64,000 nucleotides of DNA from an uncultured bacterium. Lineage in GTDB: Bacteria; Babelota; Babeliae; Babelales; Vermiphilaceae. The first letter of the stretch is position 1; each line of letters starts with the position of its first letter. The DNA lies in assembly GCA_963707655.1 (NCBI GenBank), contig OY970172.1, positions 128,001 to 192,000 on the forward strand, written 5' to 3'. This document shows, piece after piece, positions 54,255-62,970 of this stretch. The position numbers were made by a program, and so were the translations under genes. The notes under the pieces are model-generated. The model was given only the letters and a program-made list of their open reading frames with translations, had not been told where the DNA came from and ran no database searches.

Positions 54255-54327
54255 TCCTTATCATAGATGAAAAAAGAAAAATAGATCAAAACGACGGAGT
54301 GCTGCCGTTGAGGGGGATAGATTAAGC

Positions 54328-54741
54328 ATGGTTATCAAGGGTGAAGCGAGTGAAATAGAGATCAATGTAACCAATGGTAATTCTGGTTATCGTAATGATG
54401 GTTGGATTATCGCAGACATCAAAATTGCCGTACCCGGTTTAAAGGCTTGGTATGGCGCTGATATACAGATAGCAGAGTTGCATCAGTTTTACCAAGATTT
54501 AATAAAACTGGATAATTTGACAGAAAAATATGCAGAATTTAATACTTTGGAAGAGTGGCTGCATTTAGAATGTGACTTACAAAAAAATGGGCATGTTTTA
54601 TGCTCGGGTCGAGTTGTCACTGAAAATGGGGATAGTTTAAACTTTACTGTACAAACCGATATCGCTTCAATAAGTAAGTTTGTATCGCAACTAAAAACAA
54701 CTTTAAGTAAGTTTCCTGTGAGCATAAATGATAAAGTTTAA
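54328..54741 (+). CDS. WapI-like putative immunity protein
   Basis: DGWI..IKI, ELHQFY..L..L, AEFNTLEEWLHL, GHV.CSG, LNF...TD pattern; orphan with no leader. Confidence 0.5.
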   Translation: MVIKGEASEIEINVTNGNSGYRNDGWIIADIKIAVPGLKAWYGADIQIAELHQFYQDLIKLDNLTEKYAEFNTLEEWLHLECDLQKNGHVLCSGRVVTENGDSLNFTVQTDIASISKFVSQLKTTLSKFPVSINDKV

Positions 54742-55174
54742 TGTGTTTTACACTAACTATCATCCACAACAAAAAAGATTGTCTTATATAACCGAAGATT
54801 ATGCGTTTAATGCGGAACCTCATGTGAGGTTTATAGATTTTGATATTGCCATTAACTATTTATGTTTAACAGTTCTGAATAAAAAAATTATAGAAGTATC
54901 AGGATTTTGCCCCTATGGAGCTTGGATAAAAACAAGTCTTAGGCACCGAATTACAAATCCGGAAGATTGGAAGTGTTAGATGATCGAGAGCCGGGCCTTA
55001 CTTATGCCTTAGACGATAAGGAATGGTCGTAAACAAATCAACAGGATGTGTGTGGGTTGGAAATCCTGAATCTGGCGGAGATGCGGTAGAATTCATGGAT
55101 AATGCAGTTGCTGTAGTGGATGATAAAGAGCTGGTCGCGCTATGGCCCACCCAGAAAAATTACCGGAATATTAA
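54728..55174 (+). pseudogene. Frameshifted small protein, probably of immunity type
   Basis: ORFs 54728..54979 and 55023..55217 join through an intermediate frame APNYKSGRLEVLDDREPGLTY; the probable end is HPEKLPEY*. Confidence 0.45.
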
Positions 55175-55328
55175 GAGTGTATGCGAAAACTCATTACAAA
55201 TGGACTGTTTTGCATAAAAAAACTAACTAACTCACTCACCCCATAAAATCTTGCTTTTGCTGAGGCTTTTTGTGTTTACTGTAAATGTATTCAAGAAAAC
55301 AAATAACCAGAAAGGTGAGGTAATTGCA

Positions 55329-56084
55329 ATGAAGAATCTGATGACATTAATCGCTTTAGTGAGCTCTTGTGTCGCAATGAGCGATGGAGATAAGGAAGAA
55401 CAAGCTTGTAATCCGGATAGTACTAAATCTTCTCAGCCCTTTAATCGACCACGATCCACACGATTGCCGAGCTCTGCAATGCCATTAGTTAGCGGCGTTG
55501 AGCCAATCGCCGCATCTTCTTCTGAGGCTGTTGTAGGCAGGCCACGCGCCGGCGCGGTAGTTAAGCCAATGCCAGCGAGCAGTTCTGATGCGGGTAGCAG
55601 TACAAATGAGGCCACCTGGGGATACGCCTCATTTGAGGATGCAATGAGGAGTAAAAATACGTTAATGCTGCAAGTAGCTCAGCTGCTTGATCAACGCGTG
55701 AATATGAATGCAAGTGAGCCAAAAACCCGGACAGCACGGATAGAAGAACAAAAAGGGTTATTGAAGTTATGGATCCCGGTAATGACGGGCATGAAAACAT
55801 TATTACAATACTTGGAAGCACGAGCTCGCATTCGGCCTGACAATTTGATGAGAAATAAAGTGAACAAGCTTATTGAGCGAACTGAAGAGAGAATAGAGAT
55901 GCAAATTAATAATAAAGAATATGCGCTGCAAGAAAATGACAAGCTGCTCTCTGAACTTGAGGTGTGTTCGTCAAGCATACAACAAGCAATAGGCGAAAAA
56001 ATTAATGAGCTTGTTAATAAGAACCCAGAGAGTTCAGTAAAATTTCCTCCCGGAGTAAACATCTTCCCACGGGATCAGAAGTAA
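55329..56084 (+). CDS. Secreted hypothetical protein, Ser/Pro-rich N-terminal half and coiled-coil C-terminal half
   Basis: Start re-called at MKNLMTLIALVSSCVA|MSD after a GAGGT RBS. Confidence 0.7.
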   Translation: MKNLMTLIALVSSCVAMSDGDKEEQACNPDSTKSSQPFNRPRSTRLPSSAMPLVSGVEPIAASSSEAVVGRPRAGAVVKPMPASSSDAGSSTNEATWGYASFEDAMRSKNTLMLQVAQLLDQRVNMNASEPKTRTARIEEQKGLLKLWIPVMTGMKTLLQYLEARARIRPDNLMRNKVNKLIERTEERIEMQINNKEYALQENDKLLSELEVCSSSIQQAIGEKINELVNKNPESSVKFPPGVNIFPRDQK

Positions 56085-56119
56085 CAGTAGTCTTGGTGTC
56101 TGAAAGTCTGATATAAAAT

Positions 56120-56152
56120 AGGGGCTGGATAATTTATCCAGCCCTTTTCTTT
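56120..56152 (+). terminator. Rho-independent terminator
   Basis: GGGCTGGATAA-T-TTATCCAGCCC followed by TTTTCTTT. Confidence 0.75.
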
Positions 56153-56293
56153 GTATGGCGACATAAAAAAACAAGATTACAAAAAATCGACATAGGGTTT
56201 TTCGCGCATGCTTTCTGAAAACGTTTTTTAAAGTTGTTCTTCACAAAAGCTGATATTTCTTCTATCTTAGAGATGTGCAATTAATGCACGGTG

Positions 56294-56370
56294 GGGCCCA
56301 TAGCTCAGTTGGTTAGAGCAATCGGCTCATAACCGAGAGGTCCCAGGTTCAAGTCCTGGTGGGCCCACCA
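56294..56370 (+). tRNA. tRNA with CAT anticodon, probably tRNA-Ile2 (lysidine-modified)
   Basis: GGGCCCA/TGGGCCC acceptor, AGCTCAGTTGGTTAGAGC D-arm, CTCATAA loop, GGTTCAAGTCC T-arm, encoded CCA. Lacks the initiator C1:A72 mismatch and the three G-C anticodon-stem pairs. Confidence 0.92.
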
Positions 56371-56434
56371 ACCATTCAAAGGTTCCTGTTTTGGCAAATA
56401 CATCGGTGAACACCTTTTATAAAAGGGACGTCTA

Positions 56435-57160
56435 ATGAACCGTGATCCTTTCCAATCATTTATAGATCTTATCCAGTTTGATCAGCAGATTTACTCATTA
56501 AAACAACAAATAGAACAAAGCAATAGCACTCTTGATAAAATTGATCAGGAAGAGCAGCTTTTAGCCGGGAACGTAACGCAGGCTCAACAACGCGGGAACC
56601 AGGCAAAAAAAACCGTTGATGAGCGTGAGCTTGAAATGAAGCTGCTTGAAGAGCAGGAGCGTACTAAAAAGAATCAACTCGATAACCTTAAAAATCCTAA
56701 AGATTATTTTTCCCTCAATGCCGATCTTGAGCATATTAAAAAAAAGCAGCATGCTCTGGAAGATGAGATTATTCAGGCATGGCACACTCTTGAACAGGCC
56801 AAGCGCGCTCTTGATCAGATTAAAAAAGAGGTGGAAGACAAAAGGCAGCAGCTTGAAGGATCAAAAAACCAGCAAAAAGCTTTGCGTGAGCAATCTCTAG
56901 AGCAATTAAAACGCATAGAAGATTCACGACCCGAAAAACTTGTAGGCATTCCCGATGAATGGCTCGAAAAATATAGCGCGATGCGCGAACGCATTCCCGA
57001 TCCGGTAGTGCCGGTTCAATCGGGTAGTTGCAGCGCCTGTTTTCATAGTCTAGTGGCGCGGGATATACAATTATTGAATAAACGCGCATTGTTGCAATGC
57101 AGGGGCTGTTTCCGGTTCCTCTATATTCCCGGCACTGTTGATGTTGAGCAGGGCGCATAA
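56435..57160 (+). CDS. Coiled-coil C4 zinc-ribbon protein (DUF164; CT398/HP0958-like)
   Basis: LIQFD, long coiled coil, VVPV...CSACF...CRGCFRFLY. Confidence 0.85.
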   Translation: MNRDPFQSFIDLIQFDQQIYSLKQQIEQSNSTLDKIDQEEQLLAGNVTQAQQRGNQAKKTVDERELEMKLLEEQERTKKNQLDNLKNPKDYFSLNADLEHIKKKQHALEDEIIQAWHTLEQAKRALDQIKKEVEDKRQQLEGSKNQQKALREQSLEQLKRIEDSRPEKLVGIPDEWLEKYSAMRERIPDPVVPVQSGSCSACFHSLVARDIQLLNKRALLQCRGCFRFLYIPGTVDVEQGA

Positions 57161-57162
57161 CA

Positions 57163-57681
57163 ATGAAGCAGCTATTCTTATTTGATGATCTTGATAATAC
57201 GCAAGAATCATCAGTCAAAAAAAAATCAATTCTTTGGCAACTATATGTTGATGGTGCATCACGCAATAACCCAGGGCCCTCCGGCGCCGGCCTTTGTATT
57301 TTTAAAGATGGGGAAGTGGCAGAAAAGCATGGTTTTTACTTGGGAAAACGCACCAATAATCAGGCAGAATATTTGGCATTGCTTTTGGGCATATTCTTTT
57401 TGAAAAAGCAGATATCTGGCGGTGATTTTGTTGAGATTGTCTCTGATTCTCAGTTGTTGGTTCGGCAATTGCTGGGTGCATACCGGGTAAAAAACAGTGA
57501 ATTGCAGCCATTACATACACTGGCAAAACAAATGCTCGCTTCTGTTACCCACAAAGTGATTCATGTGTTGAGACACAAAAACACTCTCGCAGATGAATTG
57601 GCGAATAAAGGTATTGATGAAAAAATAGGGGTCCCTGATGAATTTAAAAAAATGCTTTTTAATCATCACATTATGTTCTAA
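57163..57681 (+). CDS. rnhA: Ribonuclease HI family protein
   Basis: YVDGASRNNPG, TNNQAEY, SDSQLLVRQ, N..ADELAN. Confidence 0.88.
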   Translation: MKQLFLFDDLDNTQESSVKKKSILWQLYVDGASRNNPGPSGAGLCIFKDGEVAEKHGFYLGKRTNNQAEYLALLLGIFFLKKQISGGDFVEIVSDSQLLVRQLLGAYRVKNSELQPLHTLAKQMLASVTHKVIHVLRHKNTLADELANKGIDEKIGVPDEFKKMLFNHHIMF

Positions 57682-58810
57682 TTTTATTTGCTCTGCTACG
57701 CCTGCCGAGGTTCTTCAGCCGGCTTGCGCGCTTCCCGGTCCGCAGAAATCTTTGCGCATCAAAGTATTGCTCGATGAGCAGGTGCTTGATGAAAAACGAG
57801 AATGGCAGATTGGATCAGAACATGATGTTACTATTGCAGATCCTGATACACTCGGAAAAAAAATTAATATACATACGCGTAACCTTGCCGTGCGGGTGCA
57901 TGAAGGCTCTTTCTTTTTAGACAAACACCGTATCAAAATGAAAAAGGTTTTGATTGCTCCTTCTCAGGGGCATCTTTCATTTCAAGGGAAAACATATCCG
58001 GGAGCATTGTTGTTAGTGCTGCAGGATAATAAACAATATGCGATAAATGTCGTTGATCTTGAAGAGTATGTTTATTGTGTTTTGAAAACTGAAAGTTGGC
58101 CCGGCTGGCCCTTGGAAGTGAATAAAGTTTTTGCGATTGCCTGCCGCAGCTATGCCCTGGCAATGATGACGCGGTCAGCTAAACTCAAAGTTTCTTTGCC
58201 TTATCATATTAAAAATAGTAATAGTCACCAGACGTATACCGGCATTCACATCAATCCGCTGCTACGACAGGCAGTCGATCAAACGGCCGGCGTTTTTTTG
58301 GCTTATGATAAGCAACCGATTATTGCTATGTTTGATTGCTGCTGTGGTGGTATTGTTCCGGCACGCATTGCGGGATTTGATTTTAAAAAAGCACCTTATT
58401 TATCGCGTGATTATCCCTGCACTTTTTGTAAATCATGTAAAATATATTCGTGGAAAGCAGAATTTGCTATGCAAGATCTGGAACGTTTTTTACAGAGCGA
58501 GCAGCGGCTGAGAGAATTGAGAGTGGTGAAAAACGATAAAGCCGGATTAGTTGAAGAGATTGTTTTGCGGAGCGGAAGAAAATCGAGTACAATTTCAGGA
58601 AAAAAACTCTATTCCTTATTGGATGAAGTGAAAAGTTATTGTTTTACTATTCGCAGAAGAGGATCCAAGTTAACTATTAGTGGCCGCGGCTACGGGCATC
58701 ACATGGGGTTGTGTCAGTGGGGCGCGCGTCAAATGGTGAGTGATGGATGGGATTATCAAAGTATTTTACAATTTTATTATCCAGGCACAAAACGTATGAA
58801 ATTGGCTTAG
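57638..58810 (+). CDS. SpoIID/LytB domain protein
   Basis: INVVDLEEYV..VL..E, AI..RSYA, GRGYGHHMGLCQWGA, ILQFYYPG. Confidence 0.9.
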   Translation: MNLKKCFLIITLCSNFICSATPAEVLQPACALPGPQKSLRIKVLLDEQVLDEKREWQIGSEHDVTIADPDTLGKKINIHTRNLAVRVHEGSFFLDKHRIKMKKVLIAPSQGHLSFQGKTYPGALLLVLQDNKQYAINVVDLEEYVYCVLKTESWPGWPLEVNKVFAIACRSYALAMMTRSAKLKVSLPYHIKNSNSHQTYTGIHINPLLRQAVDQTAGVFLAYDKQPIIAMFDCCCGGIVPARIAGFDFKKAPYLSRDYPCTFCKSCKIYSWKAEFAMQDLERFLQSEQRLRELRVVKNDKAGLVEEIVLRSGRKSSTISGKKLYSLLDEVKSYCFTIRRRGSKLTISGRGYGHHMGLCQWGARQMVSDGWDYQSILQFYYPGTKRMKLA

Positions 58811-58833
58811 CCTTCTCAAGAAAAGGTTTTTAT

Positions 58834-59169
58834 ATGAAAACAATCAATATATTTTTTTTGATATTGTTAGGAAGTGTGCAATATGCTCAGGCTATGGAGC
58901 GTGAGCAAGAAATATCTTGCAGGAAAAGTTTTTCTCCTGAAACTATCGAAGCGCTCAAAACTCTTTCTGATGGGTATTGGTATTTAATGCGATTTCCTAC
59001 GACTGAAAATCGAGAGAAAGCTTGTGAAAACGCTGCTGAAGACATTGGCGATCCTGATGATGGGATTTTATATTATTGGGTGAATAATAGATTAGACATG
59101 CAAAATGTGCGGCCGGAAGAAATATCTCCGCATGCTGTTTGTCGGTATTTTGGTAAAAAAAGAAAATAA
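58834..59169 (+). CDS. Secreted hypothetical protein (AME start, YWVNNR motif)
   Basis: Start re-called at MKTINIFFLILLGSVQYAQA|ME. Confidence 0.7.
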   Translation: MKTINIFFLILLGSVQYAQAMEREQEISCRKSFSPETIEALKTLSDGYWYLMRFPTTENREKACENAAEDIGDPDDGILYYWVNNRLDMQNVRPEEISPHAVCRYFGKKRK

Positions 59170-59191
59170 AAAACATGTCAAATTACAAAGG
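59163..59191 (+). repeat. Direct-repeat copy of the 5' end of the 59603 gene
   Basis: AAAATAAAAAAC-ATGTCAAATTACAAAGG versus AAAATAACACACTATGTCTAATTACAAAGG at 59590-59619; both encode MSNYKG. Confidence 0.7.
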
Positions 59192-59199
59192 GTAGATGT

Positions 59200-59574
59200 A
59201 TGAAGTATTATGTTTTCTTAGTGTTGCTTTGCGCAACCGCTCCATCTCTTCACGCGATGGATCATTGTGATGCACCAAAAATTCTTAATAAGAATAGACT
59301 CAATCAAAACCTCCGAGCGTTTATAGAGCGACTTCCTAATGGGGAAATTCATTGGGTAACGTTACAGATGTATGATAATGATGGCAACCCCACGAAAAAA
59401 GACCGATCTAATTTTATGTATAAAACCTATTGGGTGAATAATCGATTTCAAATTCGACACATCGATGCTGATCAATTCATCTATGACGATGAAGAAATAG
59501 GGCATGATAGAATCCACACAAATGGCATAGTTGTTAGAATTGATAGTGATGATGATCTTGGTATGAGAGAGTAA
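59200..59574 (+). CDS. Secreted hypothetical protein (AMD start, YWVNNR motif); paralog of 58834..59169
   Basis: MKYYVFLVLLCATAPSLHA|MD; shared YWVNNR. Confidence 0.7.
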   Translation: MKYYVFLVLLCATAPSLHAMDHCDAPKILNKNRLNQNLRAFIERLPNGEIHWVTLQMYDNDGNPTKKDRSNFMYKTYWVNNRFQIRHIDADQFIYDDEEIGHDRIHTNGIVVRIDSDDDLGMRE

Positions 59575-59602
59575 TAAAAAATTTAGGATAAAATAACACA
59601 CT

Positions 59603-60067
59603 ATGTCTAATTACAAAGGCCACCTTGCAGGCGGCCTATTCTTCTATCTGATTACTTTGTACGGTATCGCATCATATTATGTATGCCCCGCTCTGCCTAC
59701 GGCAATTGAATGGCTTTTATTTGCATTGGCCGGTTCATTGTTTCCTGATGTAGATATAAAAAGCAAAGGACAGAATTATTTTTATTGGCTTATTTTTGCT
59801 CTTTTGCTCTTTTTATTTTTCATGAAACGTTTCACATTAATGGCGATAGTCGGAGTAATAGCAGTGATCCCGCAACTGGTGCGGCATCGTGGTATTTTTC
59901 ATCGTCTTTGGTTTGTTATTCTTCTGCCGATTTTTTTGGCCATGGCACTCTGTTTATATATACCCAGCTGTAAGACCATTATCTTTTTTGATGCGCTCTT
60001 TTTTGTTGTTGGTGCATTGTCCCACTTATGGCTTGATCTGGGGTTGCGACGCATGCTTCGTGGCTAA
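59603..60067 (+). CDS. Membrane-bound metal-dependent hydrolase (YdjM family)
   Basis: GHL, GSLFPDVD, HRGIFH, SHLWLD. Confidence 0.82.
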   Translation: MSNYKGHLAGGLFFYLITLYGIASYYVCPALPTAIEWLLFALAGSLFPDVDIKSKGQNYFYWLIFALLLFLFFMKRFTLMAIVGVIAVIPQLVRHRGIFHRLWFVILLPIFLAMALCLYIPSCKTIIFFDALFFVVGALSHLWLDLGLRRMLRG

Positions 60068-60127
60068 TTTATATTGATTCTGCTACTATGATCTATACCA
60101 TTGTTACCATTATTTTCAGGAGTGTTC

Positions 60128-61549
60128 GTGATTACTTGGATGTTGGCTGCTTTTTGCGTATATATCATTATTTTGTTAGTTATCGGCTTGTTTGCCTCCC
60201 GCTCGCAAGACACAGCAGCTCGCGAATCAAACTTTATTAGCGGTCAGCGCTCTATCAACTGGTGGGTCACGGCAATATCGGCACATGCTGCAGATATGAG
60301 TAGTTGGCTTTTTATGGGGTTGCCGGCAGCTATCTATATGCATGGCATGGTTGATGTCTGGGTTGCCATAGGACTGGTCATTGGTATGTTTATGTCATGG
60401 CATTATGTTGCGCCCGCATTGCGTCGTGCCGCAGCCCATTATGAATCGCCTACATTGACCTCCTACTTTGATAGTAAATACAAAGATCGTTCCGGCGCTA
60501 TAAGCATTTTGAGTGCCTGCATCATGACATTTTTTTTTATCATATATTTAGCAGCAGGGATAAAAGGGGTGGGGGATTTATTAAGTTCCACGTTTGATTT
60601 GTCAGGATCGCTTGGTGGCTTGGTAACATTGGTGGTGATTCTTATTTACACCTTTATGGGGGGCTTTGTTGCGGCCGCGTGGGTTGATTTTTTTCAAGGG
60701 GTGTTTCTGCTTGCTTCGATCTTGATTACCGCTTTGCTTGGCTATTACCATGTCGGCGGTTATCATGCAATTGTTGACGCAGCAATGGCTAAAGGGGTTT
60801 CGCTCTCTCTCTTGCCAAAACCGGCGGCTTTTATTGAAATTCTTTTAGGACCGATTGCATGGGGGTTGGGCTATTTTGGGATGCCCCATATTTTATCAAA
60901 ATTTATGGCGGCGCGTGATGTTAAGGAAATGTATAAATCCAAATATATTGGCATTGCTTGGCAAATTTTGGCTTTATCAGGAGCGCTTTTGTCTGGCTTG
61001 GTTGGTATTGCTTTTTTTACCTCTTTGGCCAATCCAGAGCTCCTTTTTATTACTATGACAATGCAGCTCTTGCCAAGTTTTATAGCGGGCTTCATTTTAT
61101 GTGGCATTCTTTCTGCAACTCTTTCTACCATGAATGCGCAAATGTTGGTATTGGGCGGTATCGTATCGCATGATTTATACAAAAAATTTTATCACATGCG
61201 TGCCACGTCGCATGAACTTATTTGGGTTTTTCGTATTACTATTTTATTTGTTTCAGCAGTAGCATTTGCTGTTGCTTGGTCAGGCAACAGCTCTATTTTT
61301 GATTTAGTGCAATTAGCGTGGGGCGGGTTAGGAGCATCATTTGGTCCCCTTACGCTGCTTTCATTGCATACCAATACCATTAATCGCCACGGTGCTTTTT
61401 GGGGTATTTTTGCTGGCGGTATTACATCAATTGGATGGCGACTTTCAGGATTTACCTTATGCGGCTATGCGATAAATGAAGTGTTGCCCGGATTTTTACT
61501 TGGGGCCGCGGTTATTATTCTTGTATCAAAAATTACTGCGAAAAAGTAA
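60128..61549 (+). CDS. putP: Sodium/proline symporter (SSS family)
   Basis: AISAHAADMSSWLFMGLP, DFFQG, WGLGYFGMPHIL..FMA, AWGGLGASFGP. Confidence 0.88.
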   Translation: MITWMLAAFCVYIIILLVIGLFASRSQDTAARESNFISGQRSINWWVTAISAHAADMSSWLFMGLPAAIYMHGMVDVWVAIGLVIGMFMSWHYVAPALRRAAAHYESPTLTSYFDSKYKDRSGAISILSACIMTFFFIIYLAAGIKGVGDLLSSTFDLSGSLGGLVTLVVILIYTFMGGFVAAAWVDFFQGVFLLASILITALLGYYHVGGYHAIVDAAMAKGVSLSLLPKPAAFIEILLGPIAWGLGYFGMPHILSKFMAARDVKEMYKSKYIGIAWQILALSGALLSGLVGIAFFTSLANPELLFITMTMQLLPSFIAGFILCGILSATLSTMNAQMLVLGGIVSHDLYKKFYHMRATSHELIWVFRITILFVSAVAFAVAWSGNSSIFDLVQLAWGGLGASFGPLTLLSLHTNTINRHGAFWGIFAGGITSIGWRLSGFTLCGYAINEVLPGFLLGAAVIILVSKITAKK

Positions 61550-62368
61550 TTTATTTTTATCCAATCCGCAAAGATGCAAAGCATTTTCCGTTGTTTTTTT
61601 GGCAATTGCTTCAAGCGATTCTTGTCGAAGATGAGCAATATATTCAGCAATGTTTTTTATATATTCTGGATGATTTTGTTTGCCGCGCATTGATTGAATT
61701 GGCAGAAACGGGGCATCAGTTTCGAGCACTATTTTTTCAAGCGGTGTGTTAACTACAATATCGCGCAAGCTGCTGTTTTTTGGATAGGTGATGGTGCCGC
61801 CAATGCCTAAATAAAAATTCCATTCAATTACGGTGTTTGCGAATGTTTGGTCTTCAGAAAAACAATGAATAACACCGCGCGTAATTTGTCCTTTAAATTC
61901 TTCCAGCGAGCGCAATGTTTCATCGTAGGCATCGCGTGTGTGAACCAAAAGAGCAAGATTGTTTTCCAATGCGAGTTCAATCTGAGCCTTGAAGGCATCT
62001 TTTTGTCGTTGCAAATTATAATCGGGATAATGCATGTCCATACCACATTCACCAATGGCAACAATTTTATTTGTTTGTTTATTTTTTACGTCCTGTTTTA
62101 TTGCTTGAAAATCATCGCGCCAATGTGCGGTTGTATCATTGGGGTGAATGCCGACGGCAGCGTATACATGTGGCGATTGTTTTGCAATCTCTATGCAATT
62201 TTTACTTTCAACGAGTGATGTTCCTACATTAATAATTAAAGCGACATCATTATTGGTTGCTTGTTGTATTATGTTTTGTATGTTTGCTTCCAGTGCTTTT
62301 TCCAACGGTATATCAAATTCTTTTTTAACCATCATGTTGATGTGGCAATGTGTGTCGACCAAGAGCAT
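61526..62368 (-). CDS. tatD: TatD-family deoxyribonuclease
   Basis: DTHCH, GIHP, AIGECGMD, HTRDA, HCFS, ETDAPFL. Confidence 0.92.
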   Translation of the reverse strand: MLLVDTHCHINMMVKKEFDIPLEKALEANIQNIIQQATNNDVALIINVGTSLVESKNCIEIAKQSPHVYAAVGIHPNDTTAHWRDDFQAIKQDVKNKQTNKIVAIGECGMDMHYPDYNLQRQKDAFKAQIELALENNLALLVHTRDAYDETLRSLEEFKGQITRGVIHCFSEDQTFANTVIEWNFYLGIGGTITYPKNSSLRDIVVNTPLEKIVLETDAPFLPIQSMRGKQNHPEYIKNIAEYIAHLRQESLEAIAKKTTENALHLCGLDKNKLLFRSNF

Positions 62369-62572
62369 ATTTATTCCTTATGTAACGTTTTTTTTGTTTG
62401 TTAATAGTATCACGTTAATCATTCTTAATCGTATAGTAAATTTTTCATTCGTAATTTGACAAACGAATAAATACAACTACTCTAAGTTACAGGAATTGTA
62501 AAGAAAAAAGAGTAGTGGGAATGAAGAAGCAGTGTTTCAATTAATGTTCAACCATATCATGAGGAGCTAATC

Positions 62573-62860
62573 ATGAATAAAAGTGAATTGATCAATTCGC
62601 TCAGTGAGGAAACGACATTCAGCAAAAAAGATGTTTGCCGTATTGTCGAGTCATTAACTCGTATTATTGAACGTACTCTTAAAAAGGGTGAGAAAGTTTC
62701 GATTACCGGGTTCGGTAGTTTCTGGCTTTCTCGTCGTCCAGCACGTAAAGGAATCAATCCTGCAACAAAGCAGCGTATTGATCTTCCAGAAGTTAACGTT
62801 CCTCGCTTTAAAGCAGGAAAAAACTTACGTGAAGTAGTAAGAGCAGTTAAAATTGGTTAA
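62573..62860 (+). CDS. hup: DNA-binding protein HU
   Basis: MNKSELI, GFGSF, R.ARKGINPAT, PRFKAGK.L. Confidence 0.92.
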   Translation: MNKSELINSLSEETTFSKKDVCRIVESLTRIIERTLKKGEKVSITGFGSFWLSRRPARKGINPATKQRIDLPEVNVPRFKAGKNLREVVRAVKIG

Positions 62861-62897
62861 TTGAAACCTTATTTTAAAAATTGCTTTTTATCCATGC

Positions 62898-62923
62898 AAA
62901 AGGCCGCGCAAGCGGCCTTTTTT
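62898..62923. terminator. Bidirectional terminator
   Basis: AAAAGGCCGC-GCAA-GCGGCCTTTTTT. Confidence 0.85.
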
Positions 62924-62970
62924 GTTGTCATTAATTTTTGAGAATCAAGTGTGGTGGATAATGAAATGTA

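Noticed and set aside
55144..55151. GGCCCACC as an att-site copy of the tRNA 3' end
   Set aside because: Only 8 nt, on the 5' side of the tRNA, and no integrase is present; expected by chance.
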